A DNA stretch of 64,000 nt, taken from the NCBI GenBank assembly GCA_963804995.1, contig CAWDSK010000005.1:704001-768000 (forward strand). The letters are read 5' to 3'. Below, one piece after another: positions 39,486-48,047 of this stretch (positions within the stretch are counted from its first letter, which is position 1; every line of letters begins with the position of its first letter). The stretch comes from an uncultured Acidobacteriota bacterium (lineage in GTDB: Bacteria; Acidobacteriota; Terriglobia; UBA7540). The notes under the pieces are model-generated. The model had not been told where the DNA came from. It made no database searches and was given only the letters and a program-made list of their open reading frames with translations. Both the position numbers and the translations under genes were made by a program.

Positions 39486-42400
39486 GTGGGCCCAAGGTGA
39501 GTCTGGGTGAGTTGGCCCTCTCCCTGAAAAGCACCCAGGTAAGTTCGAATGTAGTCGGCCACCACACCGATATGCTGTGTCCGGCAGGTAACGTGATCGC
39601 CCGGCAGCTCGTGAACATCCACCTGCGAGACCAACCTCCCCCAGCCGGCCGTGGGGTCAGTCGGATATTCGTGTAGCAGGGACTTGGTCCGTAACAGCAC
39701 GATGCGGCCCTGCAAAGGTTTTGGGCGGTAGTTCATCAAGATGGCACCAAACCGTAGATCACGAAGAGACTCCAGGGGATCATCGAAAGCCGGGGAGGGG
39801 ACACCCAACTCCTCGGGCGGAGTCCCCAGCAGCCGCAGAACCTTTCTCCTCGCCGTCTGCAAAGGGAGAGCAACGAGTGCCCCCATGCCCTGGCGCAACG
39901 CGGCTTTGGCGCGTAACACATGATTGCGAACCCGGCCGTAGGCAAGATCCTGCCCATTGTCATCGACCCTGGCCAGCCAGCCCACGCTGCGGATCAACGC
40001 CTTCAGCCAGCCGAAGTGCGCCGGAACTGCAGTGTCGAGCAGAATCACCAATCCTACCTCGCGACCCTGCTGCACCATCTGCCGCGCCATCTCATAGGCT
40101 ACATTCCCGCCGTTGCAGAAGCCGCCCAGCAAATAAGGACCTTGAGGCCGAAGTGCGACCAGGTGCCGGATATTCTCCTCAGCCATCGCTTCAACACTAG
40201 GAAGTAATGGCTCGCCGCCGAACCCATTTGGCATTACGCCAAAGAACGGTTGGTCGGGGCCGAGCAACCGCGCCAATTTCCGGCAGTAGAGCCCACCCGT
40301 CGAATCGCCATGGAGGAAAAAGAAAGGCACATGAGAACCTCCGGGTTGAATGGGCACGATCGCCGACTTCATCTCTTTACTACTCTCGGCTCGCAGGCAC
40401 TCTGCCAGATGTTGAATGGTTGCCTCGGCAAACAAGGTTGAGAGCGGAAGTCGCCTGCCGCAGGCCTCCACGATCCGGCCCATCATGCGCACGGCAAGGA
40501 GAGAGTGACCGCCCAAATCGAAGAAGTCGTGCTGGATACCAATCGGGTGCACGTCGAGAAGCTCTTCCCAGATTTCTGCCAATTGCCATTCAAGCACGTC
40601 GCGGGGCTCAACGTAGCGATCCTCAACCCGTAACTGTCGGCTCTCAACGGGTAGCGCCCGGCGGTCAACCTTCCCACTCGAGGTAAGGGGCAGGGCCTTC
40701 AAGGTTGTGTAGTCGGAGGGCACCATATAGTCGGGCAGCTTTTGCTTTAGAAAATCCCGCAACGCTTTCCAGGCGGGCGCACTTTCCGGACAACGGGGCA
40801 CCACGTAAGCTACCAGGCGCTTTCCGCCCGGGCTCTCCTCCCGAACCACGACGGCCGCGGCCGATACTGCCGGGTGCTCTGCCAAGGCCGACTCGATTTC
40901 TCCCAATTCAATGCGGAAACCCCGAACCTTTACCTGATTATCAAGGCGGCCCAAGAACTCAATATTGCCGTCCGGCAAGTAGCGGCACAAGTCGCCGGTT
41001 TTGTAGAGACGAGCCCCAGGTTGGATGCTAAAGGGATCAGGAATAAATTTCTGACAGGAAACCTCGGGCCGGTTCAGGTACCCACGGGCCAGCCCATCTC
41101 CCCCGATGCATAATTCGCCGGCAACCCCGATTGGGACAGGCTGCAAATACCGGTCGAGAATGTACACGCGGGTGTTGGCGATGGGCCTGCCGATGGGAAT
41201 CGATCTGGCCAAGGGGCTTTGGTTGCGGGGAATCCGATAGCAACATGCAAAAACTGCGCTCTCCGTCGGCCCGTACCCGTTTACCAACTCCGTGTTGGGC
41301 AGCAGCGACAAGGCACGACAAATATCAGGAACGGAAAGCGCCTCCCCTCCCACGAGCAACTGCGAAACGGGTAAGAGTGCATCCGGAGCGGCATCAATCA
41401 CCGTGCTGAACAGCGAAGGCGTAAACCACAAGGTCGTCACCTTCTCTTTCTTGATTACGGCGCGGAGTTGCCCCAGATCCGGGATACGCTGCGGAATAAG
41501 CACGCAGCGCCCTCCGTGCAGGAGGGCGCCCCAAATCTCGAAGGTGCTCGCATCGAAGGAAATCGAGCCGTACTGGAGAAACACCTCATCCGGCCCGAAG
41601 TGGATGTAATCCGTTCCACACAGCAGGCGCACAATGCCGCGGTGGAGAACCTCGACTCCCTTCGGGGTTCCTGTGGACCCAGAGGTGTACAGCACGTAGG
41701 CCACATGATCGGGCTTCACTTCGAAGCGGGGATTGTGATTATCGGCCCCGGGGTCGGAATCCTCTAACCTGTCGAGCCAGACCACCCTTAGGTCCTGTTG
41801 AGGCAGCCCATGTTTCAGTCGCTCCTGGGTCAACAATACCTTAATTCCCGAATCCCCCAACATGAAAGCCAATCGTTCTTTCGGATAGGTAGGGTCCAGA
41901 GGAACAACTGTACCTCCCGCCTTGAGAACTCCCAGTAGTCCTACCACCATCTCCAGCGAGCGATCCACGAAGAGCCCCACTCGGGTATCCAATCCAACGC
42001 CCCAGCCTCGAAGTTGATGAGCTAGCCGATTGGCCTGACGGTTCAATGCTGCATAGGTCAGACGGTGCTCTTCCAAGGTAACCGCCACGGCTTCCGGCCG
42101 TCGCTCGGCCTGCGCCTCGAACAGTTCCTGAAGGGTCGAATCTCGCGGATACTCTACGTTCGTACGATTCCATTCCACCAGAATCTGATTCCGCTCGGTG
42201 GGAGTCAGCAAGGGAAGCGAGGCCAAGTGAGCGTCGGGTTCGGTGACGATGGCCCCGAGCAGCGTACGGTAGTGGCTAGCCATGCGCTCGATCGTGCCCT
42301 GATCAAAAAGATCGGCGTTGTAAACGAAAGAACACTTCAACTCCCGGCCCCTGGGGAGGATCTCAAGGGTGAGATCGCAGGGCGCAACCGGGACCTCGAA

Positions 42401-43651
42401 CTCGAACTCACTCACCTGCAGGCCGGGAATCTCGATCTTTTCCTCAGGCAGGTTTTCAAGATTAAATACCACCTGGAAAAAGGGCGTTGTGCTCAGGTTT
42501 CGATCCGGGCGCGGAGTCTCCAGTACTTGCCCAAACGGCAAATCCTGGTGGCTGTAAGCGCCGCGGCAGGTCTCGCGAACACGCCCGAGCAGTTCCCGAA
42601 ATGTGGGATTACCCGACAGGTTTGTCCGAAGAACTAGAGTGTTGAGGAAGAGCCCGATCAACTTCTCCGTCTCCACCCAATTCCGGCCTGCTGTCATCGA
42701 TGCGATGGCTATATCTTCAGATCCCGTATAACGCGAGAGCAGCACCTGGAAGGCCGCCAGGAGTGGCATGAACAGCGTGGCATTCTCCTGCCGGCCCAGT
42801 GCTTTCAGAGCATCGGCGAGCCGCTCCGGCAAGAGGACTTCGGCACATCCGCCCTGGTGCGACTGAGCGCTTAAACGGGGCCGGTCCGTCGTTAGGTCCA
42901 CGGGAACGCAGCCGCTCAATTGCTTTTTCCAGTAAAGAAGCTGGCGTTCGAGCAGTTCGCCGCCCACGCGCTGACGCTGCCAGAGAGCGAAATTCCCATA
43001 CTGGATTGGGAGCTCCGCGAGTGCAGGCGAACTCCCCGTAGTTAATGCGCCGTAGAGATTTGCGAACTCGTCGGCAAAGACCCGGGCTGACCATGCGTCA
43101 AAAGCGATGTGGTGGAATACGAGGAGCAAGACGTGCTCCTGCTCGCATAGCCGGAAGAGCGTGGCTCGCAAAAGGGGATCCTTGGCCAAATCGAAGGGCC
43201 GGAGAGCCTCCTCCGTGGCCAATCCCTTGGCATGCGACTCGCGCTCGGTGGGAGCCAGTTTAGAGAGCTCAATTAGGCGCAGGTCCAGAGCCAGGCTTGC
43301 AGATATAACCTGTGCAGGTTGACCGTCGCGGGTAAAGAAGCGCGTGCGCAGAACCTCGTGACGATCGATGATGGTTTGCAGGGCCTGCCGGAGGGCGGCC
43401 TCGTCAAGTGACCCCGTCAGACGCCGGGCGAACGGGCGATTATATGCGGGACTCCCTGGCTCCAACTGGTCGAAAAGCCAGAGCTTCTCCTGCGCGAACG
43501 AAAGCGGTAGAGAGCCCCGGTCAGCCAGCCGCGGAATAACGCGGGGAACGCGGCGGGACTGGAGCTTCTCCCGCCAACTTGCATCGAGCTGCGTGGATTC
43601 CTGCCGGGGAGTGTCCTCAGGCTCGGGCGGGATGGCATCCGTGCTTTTCAC
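39482..43651 (-). CDS. NRPS module C-A-T-TE (probable GTG start at 43651)
   Basis: LSFAQE, HHIAFDAWS, YTSGSTGTPKG, YGPTE, YKTGD, FFDLGGHSL, GGFCNGG (TE with Cys at the nucleophile position). Confidence 0.9.
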   Translation of the reverse strand: MKSTDAIPPEPEDTPRQESTQLDASWREKLQSRRVPRVIPRLADRGSLPLSFAQEKLWLFDQLEPGSPAYNRPFARRLTGSLDEAALRQALQTIIDRHEVLRTRFFTRDGQPAQVISASLALDLRLIELSKLAPTERESHAKGLATEEALRPFDLAKDPLLRATLFRLCEQEHVLLLVFHHIAFDAWSARVFADEFANLYGALTTGSSPALAELPIQYGNFALWQRQRVGGELLERQLLYWKKQLSGCVPVDLTTDRPRLSAQSHQGGCAEVLLPERLADALKALGRQENATLFMPLLAAFQVLLSRYTGSEDIAIASMTAGRNWVETEKLIGLFLNTLVLRTNLSGNPTFRELLGRVRETCRGAYSHQDLPFGQVLETPRPDRNLSTTPFFQVVFNLENLPEEKIEIPGLQVSEFEFEVPVAPCDLTLEILPRGRELKCSFVYNADLFDQGTIERMASHYRTLLGAIVTEPDAHLASLPLLTPTERNQILVEWNRTNVEYPRDSTLQELFEAQAERRPEAVAVTLEEHRLTYAALNRQANRLAHQLRGWGVGLDTRVGLFVDRSLEMVVGLLGVLKAGGTVVPLDPTYPKERLAFMLGDSGIKVLLTQERLKHGLPQQDLRVVWLDRLEDSDPGADNHNPRFEVKPDHVAYVLYTSGSTGTPKGVEVLHRGIVRLLCGTDYIHFGPDEVFLQYGSISFDASTFEIWGALLHGGRCVLIPQRIPDLGQLRAVIKKEKVTTLWFTPSLFSTVIDAAPDALLPVSQLLVGGEALSVPDICRALSLLPNTELVNGYGPTESAVFACCYRIPRNQSPLARSIPIGRPIANTRVYILDRYLQPVPIGVAGELCIGGDGLARGYLNRPEVSCQKFIPDPFSIQPGARLYKTGDLCRYLPDGNIEFLGRLDNQVKVRGFRIELGEIESALAEHPAVSAAAVVVREESPGGKRLVAYVVPRCPESAPAWKALRDFLKQKLPDYMVPSDYTTLKALPLTSSGKVDRRALPVESRQLRVEDRYVEPRDVLEWQLAEIWEELLDVHPIGIQHDFFDLGGHSLLAVRMMGRIVEACGRRLPLSTLFAEATIQHLAECLRAESSKEMKSAIVPIQPGGSHVPFFFLHGDSTGGLYCRKLARLLGPDQPFFGVMPNGFGGEPLLPSVEAMAEENIRHLVALRPQGPYLLGGFCNGGNVAYEMARQMVQQGREVGLVILLDTAVPAHFGWLKALIRSVGWLARVDDNGQDLAYGRVRNHVLRAKAALRQGMGALVALPLQTARRKVLRLLGTPPEELGVPSPAFDDPLESLRDLRFGAILMNYRPKPLQGRIVLLRTKSLLHEYPTDPTAGWGRLVSQVDVHELPGDHVTCRTQHIGVVADYIRTYLGAFQGEGQLTQTHLGPT

Positions 43652-43671
43652 AAAGATTTCAATCCTGCAAC

Positions 43672-45516
43672 CTAATTTGAGGATGGCCGCTCGGTCTCGT
43701 CGCGACTCACTCTCTCGCCTTCTAGCTGCAGCTTGGCACCCAGCACCAGAGTCTGGTCCGCAATCGTCGGTGCATCCAGGAAGTCGAGCAAAGTAATGTC
43801 CACGTCCAACTGTTGGCACACGCGAGCGACGGTCCGCGCAGCCAGCAGCGAATCACCGCCCAGGTCGAGAAAGCGCTGATGGATGCCGACGGAAGGGATC
43901 CTAAGCACCTCGCACCAGATCTCGGCAAGGAATTTCTCTGCGGGTGTGCGCGGAGCCACGCTCTCGCTTGATTGGTCGGAAACAGCCACCGCCTGCTCCA
44001 CCAAGCCCAGCTTTTCCGCCAAGCCGATTCGCTGGGGTTTGCCTGTCGGCCCCAGCGGGATGGCATTGACCGCGAGGATGCGGCGGGGGACCTTGAAGTG
44101 GGCCAGGCGTGCGGCCACGACCTGGCGGAGCTGCTTTTCAGTGACACTTGTATCGCGGAGGACAACCGCTGCCGCTACCTCCTGCCCAAGTGACTTATCT
44201 GGCATGGCAAAGACCACTGCTTGGGCGACAGCCGGGTGCTGCAATAAGACCTCTTCCACCTCGCGTGGCGAGACCTTTTCGCCCCCCCGATTGATGATCT
44301 CCTTGATGCGGCCCTCGATGTAGAGGTAGCCGTCCGCGTCCAGGCGGCCCAGGTCTCCCGTGCGGAACCAGCCATTAGTGAAGGCCTGGTCTGCAACCTG
44401 ATGGGCGTAACCGTGCATGACGTTCGGCCCACGCACAACGATCTCAGCCACTTCACCTTGTGCCAGCAGTCGCGCGCCGCCTTTTTCCATGATGGCAATT
44501 TCTGTGCCGGTCGCCACGCCCACGGAACCCGGCTTGCGGATTTTGGGCGGAAGCGGGCTGGATGCAATCTGGTGGGCGGCCTCGGTCATTCCATAAGCCT
44601 CAACAACCGGGACGCCGAACACACTCTCCAGCTCCGCCATCAGCGTGGGGGAAAGCGGAGAAGAGCAGGAGCGGATGAATCGCAAGCGCTCCCGGTGGAT
44701 GGCTTGGTGGTTCTGAGCACCGCGGGCCAGAATTGCCCGGTGCATGGTTGGCACGGCGGTATACCAGGTCGGTTGGAAAGCGGCCGCCCAGTCGAAAAAG
44801 CGTGGCGCATCAAAGCCGGGCGTCGTGACTACTCCTGCCCCGGCGCACAGTGAAGACAAGACCGATGCCACGAGACCGTGAATGTGGAAAAGCGGCATGA
44901 TGTTCAGGCACCGATCGGACGGAGTGAGTGCCAGCGCGTTGCGGATGTGGTCGGCGGAGGCGCACAGGTTCTGGTGGGTGAGCGGAACCATCTTCGGCCG
45001 TGACGTGGTTCCAGAAGTATGGAGCACAAGGGCGATGTCCTCCGCCTCAACAGTTCCGGGAGGGGACGCGGGCGTGGGGCTGACTCCCTGAAAACTGAAA
45101 AGTCCTGCCGCATCTTCCCATTTCGGGGCAATTTCGATTACACGAATTCCACGCCTTCGGGCTACTTCAATGGCGGGTGAGATCACTCCGGCTTGGACTA
45201 CTAGCGCCTTGGCCTCCAAGTCCGACAGGTAGAATTCAAATTCGGAGGCGCCATAGGCCGGATTCAGCGGGGCGGCTACGGCGCCGCAGGCAATTGAAAG
45301 AACCCCCACCGCCATCTCTGGACCGTTGGGCAGGACGATCGCCACCTTGTCGTTGCGATGGATGTCGAACGAGCTCAGGCAATTCACAACCTCATGGACC
45401 TGTGTGATCAACCGCCCGAAGGTTAACGGAGTACGCCCCGGCGCCAGGATCGCCTCTGAATCAGGCGAAAGCCGAGCGTGACTCTCGAGCAGTTGGTAGG
45501 TCGACGAAAACGTCAT
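43672..45516 (-). CDS. Acyl-CoA ligase-like adenylation domain (oxalate-CoA ligase-like) fused to a carrier protein
   Basis: LHTSGTTSRPK, PLFHIHGL, FIRSCSSPL, EAYGMTEAAHQ, RGGEK; C-terminal FLDLGGDSL. Confidence 0.85.
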   Translation of the reverse strand: MTFSSTYQLLESHARLSPDSEAILAPGRTPLTFGRLITQVHEVVNCLSSFDIHRNDKVAIVLPNGPEMAVGVLSIACGAVAAPLNPAYGASEFEFYLSDLEAKALVVQAGVISPAIEVARRRGIRVIEIAPKWEDAAGLFSFQGVSPTPASPPGTVEAEDIALVLHTSGTTSRPKMVPLTHQNLCASADHIRNALALTPSDRCLNIMPLFHIHGLVASVLSSLCAGAGVVTTPGFDAPRFFDWAAAFQPTWYTAVPTMHRAILARGAQNHQAIHRERLRFIRSCSSPLSPTLMAELESVFGVPVVEAYGMTEAAHQIASSPLPPKIRKPGSVGVATGTEIAIMEKGGARLLAQGEVAEIVVRGPNVMHGYAHQVADQAFTNGWFRTGDLGRLDADGYLYIEGRIKEIINRGGEKVSPREVEEVLLQHPAVAQAVVFAMPDKSLGQEVAAAVVLRDTSVTEKQLRQVVAARLAHFKVPRRILAVNAIPLGPTGKPQRIGLAEKLGLVEQAVAVSDQSSESVAPRTPAEKFLAEIWCEVLRIPSVGIHQRFLDLGGDSLLAARTVARVCQQLDVDITLLDFLDAPTIADQTLVLGAKLQLEGERVSRDETERPSSN

Positions 45517-45576
45517 GGGATTGTTGACCTAAATGGACGTGTGCTATTTGCTTTCTACCGTTTTGCGCCCAGAATG

Positions 45577-45759
45577 TTAAGCGAAAAGCACTGGCACGGC
45601 AAGCCAGACCTCCATGCTTCCTCCGCGCAGACCCACAGGGAACTCCGCGAGGCTCTCGATGGCATCGCACAGTCCGTCGAACCATTCCCGCGTCGCGCCC
45701 CGAGCGATCCCGTCGAGGTCCCGCTCAGCCCGCTTTCGATATAGGACGCGGTACGCCAA
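45577..45759 (-). pseudogene. Truncated RelE/ParE toxin
   Basis: MAYRVLYRKRAERDLDGI...WFDGLCDAIESLAEFP, then divergent; 60 aa. Confidence 0.65.
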
Positions 45760-46021
45760 AGTGTTTCTTTCTCAATTGTGCATGAACCTGTTTAGCAGGA
45801 CGGCCCTCCCCCTTTTCCGCCAGGGCTTCGTTCACGGCCTCGATGGTTTCGAAGCGATCTTTCCACTCTTCATAAGCTTCGGCATCGAACACGACGAAGC
45901 GCGCTTTGCCCTGCACAGTCAATACCAGGGGCCTATGGGTTTTCTTGAGCAGGCGGGCGAACCGGGCCGTTTGGCGTTTGAAGGTCGTCAGAGGATGGAT
46001 GTCCTGGGCTACGTCAATCAT
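45725..46021 (-). CDS. Phd/YefM family antitoxin
   Basis: IHPLTTFKRQ, PLVLTVQGKARFVVFDAEAYE. Confidence 0.82.
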   Translation of the reverse strand: MIDVAQDIHPLTTFKRQTARFARLLKKTHRPLVLTVQGKARFVVFDAEAYEEWKDRFETIEAVNEALAEKGEGRPAKQVHAQLRKKHFGVPRPISKAG

Positions 46022-46078
46022 TTCTACGCACCTGAAAAGCATCTTATCAAGTGCTAAGCAGGGAGGCAAGGTTTTCCA

Positions 46079-46515
46079 CGCGCTCGCGGAGGTACTGCCT
46101 GGAACTGGTGTGTGCAGATTTCCTGGCGGGGAGAGGTGAGGAGTCGACACCCGAGGAGATCTTGATGATGATCCACCACCTCGTGCATCTGCTGCCGCGG
46201 GAGTATCAGGCGCATCTTGTTGGCCAAATCGCAAGATGGAAATTGGAGACCCCCGGAAGATGTTGAATAAAGTCAAGCGGATCAAGCTGGGAAAGCAGCA
46301 GATCTACCGGCGGTTGATGAAGCAGGTCCTGGAGCGAGACAGTTGGCGATGTCAGAAGTGGGGCTCGCTGGAAAACTTCCAGGTCCACCACAAGATCAAG
46401 AGTAGCCAGCGGGGAAATGACGCGCTCGAAAGCCTCGTGACCCTCTGTGCTCACGAACATGGCAGAGCGTGGGCAGCTTTTCTACACAGTCCCGGCTGCC
46501 AGAGTGTGCAGCAAG
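46079..46515 (+). repeat. Gene X-HNH repeat copy 6 (degenerate HNH)
   Basis: Aligns with ~28797-29235; CQKC changed to CQKW; indels near the end. Confidence 0.9.
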
Positions 46516-46624
46516 GTGACCGATTCCGCCAGAACCGCGCCTTTCAGTGAAACGGTCGGGATTGGCCTTGAATGAAGGGTTACCTGCGCTCATTGAATGC
46601 GAAAGTCGGTAAGCCTGGTCATTC

Positions 46625-47017
46625 TCACCAGATCGTGTGAAGCGCTTTCGACCGACGGATATCACGATCGGCCGTAACCAGAGGTAGGGCCTCAGCCAGC
46701 GCGGTAGCCCCGATCATTCGATCCGCCGGATCACTGGGATAAGCTGCGGGGAGTCCATGGGCGCGCACACAGGCACGGCCAGTGATTGGCAGGACAACGA
46801 ATCGGCTCTCGACTTCACTCAAGAAGGATTCCAGGCTGATGTCGAGATGGATGCGTCCTTTACTCGCGAGGGTTGTCAACTCCAAGAGAGTGATATCGGA
46901 AATTGCCACGCCATCTCCCTTCGCACGCGCCTTGTCGATGGCGGTTCTTGCCTTCCTGGAGAGCTGGCTTGGATCAAACGCCAGCCAGACGACTACGTGT
47001 GTGTCGACGAGAATCAC
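46625..47017 (-). CDS. vapC: PIN domain VapC toxin
   Basis: ILVDTHVVVW, ITLLE, DPADRMIGATA, LVTAD. Confidence 0.9.
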   Translation of the reverse strand: MILVDTHVVVWLAFDPSQLSRKARTAIDKARAKGDGVAISDITLLELTTLASKGRIHLDISLESFLSEVESRFVVLPITGRACVRAHGLPAAYPSDPADRMIGATALAEALPLVTADRDIRRSKALHTIW

Positions 47018-47241
47018 TTGAGGTTCCCCCAGTCTTCGATAGCGGGCGAAATGACGTTGCCGATAACCGCCCCCTTGCCACGGAGGAAGTGGTAGATCTC
47101 GTCTGTACCTTTGCCGGCGGGGACAAGCTTCGCCACGGGCCTGCCGTGTTTAGTGATCACTACAGTCTGTCTCTTGGCCTGAACCTCGTCCATGACCGCA
47201 AGGCAATGTGCCTTGAACGAACCCGCTGCCATTGTTTTCAT
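47014..47241 (-). CDS. Phd/YefM family antitoxin
   Basis: AGSFKAHCLAVMDEV, VVITKHGRPVAKLVP. Confidence 0.9.
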   Translation of the reverse strand: MKTMAAGSFKAHCLAVMDEVQAKRQTVVITKHGRPVAKLVPAGKGTDEIYHFLRGKGAVIGNVISPAIEDWGNLK

Positions 47242-47249
47242 CCAGGACT

Positions 47250-47281
47250 CCTTATCATAGTCATTATACCATGGTCATAAT
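47250..47281 (-). promoter_or_regulatory. Promoter/operator of the phd-vapC operon
   Basis: Minus strand ATGACCATGGTATAATGACTATGATAAGGAG: extended -10, ATGACYAT repeats, RBS. Confidence 0.6.
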
Positions 47282-47610
47282 CGCGTCCGACTAAGAAACG
47301 CCCTCCTATGGCCGGGACCGTGGATGGAGCGCAGAGCCGCTGGCTCCACGCTGCCGGGGAAGTGCTGCCTCTGGACGCAAGCAACGAAGCCCAGGGGATC
47401 CGATTCGATATTAGACCCCCTCAAGACAGCCTGGCGCGTCTTGGCCTACCAAAGCTGTAAACACCGCGTTCGTGTGGGCCACCATGCGCGTCTGCTTCCA
47501 ATTTGGGCTACCCGTTCTTTAGACTCTCCCGCCTGTTTCCACGAAGCACTCATGGCAGAAGCAGGTCAGGGAAGGTTTCTCACACCAGTCCTCCTGCGAG
47601 AACAGGAATC

Positions 47611-47790
47611 TTGTGCTCACTTTCATATGGGCTGAGCATGGACAGCTTCTCTATTCAGTCCCAGCCGCCAGAGTGTGCAGCAAGCCCAAACCACGTACGA
47701 AGTGCCAATCGCAGCCGCGGTGATTTGGTGACGGTTTCGGGTTGACAACCCATACATGGTGTTCGGTACGTTCTGAGTATGCTCCCGCTC
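47611..47790 (+). repeat. HNH repeat copy 7 (3' end only) plus ~90-nt tail shared with copy 4
   Basis: GCTGAGCATGGACAGCTT...AAACCACGTACGAAGTGCCAATCGCAGCCGCGGTGATTTGGT...TTGACA...TGGTGT. Confidence 0.85.
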
Positions 47791-47920
47791 GCGTGTGTTT
47801 TAGCGGGTGAAAGGAAAAGACAAATCAGCGAGCTAAGCAATGCTAACATGGCGTTTAGGGTGAGGGCCGACACTAGAAAATGTCAATTGTTTTCAGCCTG
47901 ACGTGGTATTGGCGAACGAC

Positions 47921-47955
47921 AGGGGGCGGTGGGTAACCACCGTCGCTACCGCGAC
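47921..47955 (+). mobile_element. Possible group II intron 3'-end (domain VI) remnant
   Basis: AGGGGGCGGTGGGTAACCACCGTCGCTACCGCGAC has a DVI-like hairpin, CTAC bulge and terminal AC; domain V not seen. Confidence 0.4.
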
Positions 47956-47989
47956 CCCCGTCGGGAGGGACCTTGGCCCGCGGGAGTAT

Positions 47990-48020
47990 GCGGAGCGGAA
48001 GCCGTTCGGTGCTCCGCTCA
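47990..48020 (-). terminator. Hairpin downstream of the oxidoreductase gene
   Basis: GCGGAGC...GCTCCGC stem; no clear U-tract. Confidence 0.35.
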
Positions 48021-48047
48021 GCTTGACGGTGTTTTGTGGCGCCGGGA

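Noticed and set aside
43640..43819. Frameshift splitting a single NRPS gene
   Set aside because: The A-T gene ends after a complete carrier domain and a plausible GTG start follows at 43651; two genes is simpler, though not proven.
26149..47790. Classical integron or intact prophage
   Set aside because: No recombinase, attC-like sites, tRNA att site or virion genes recognised in the window.
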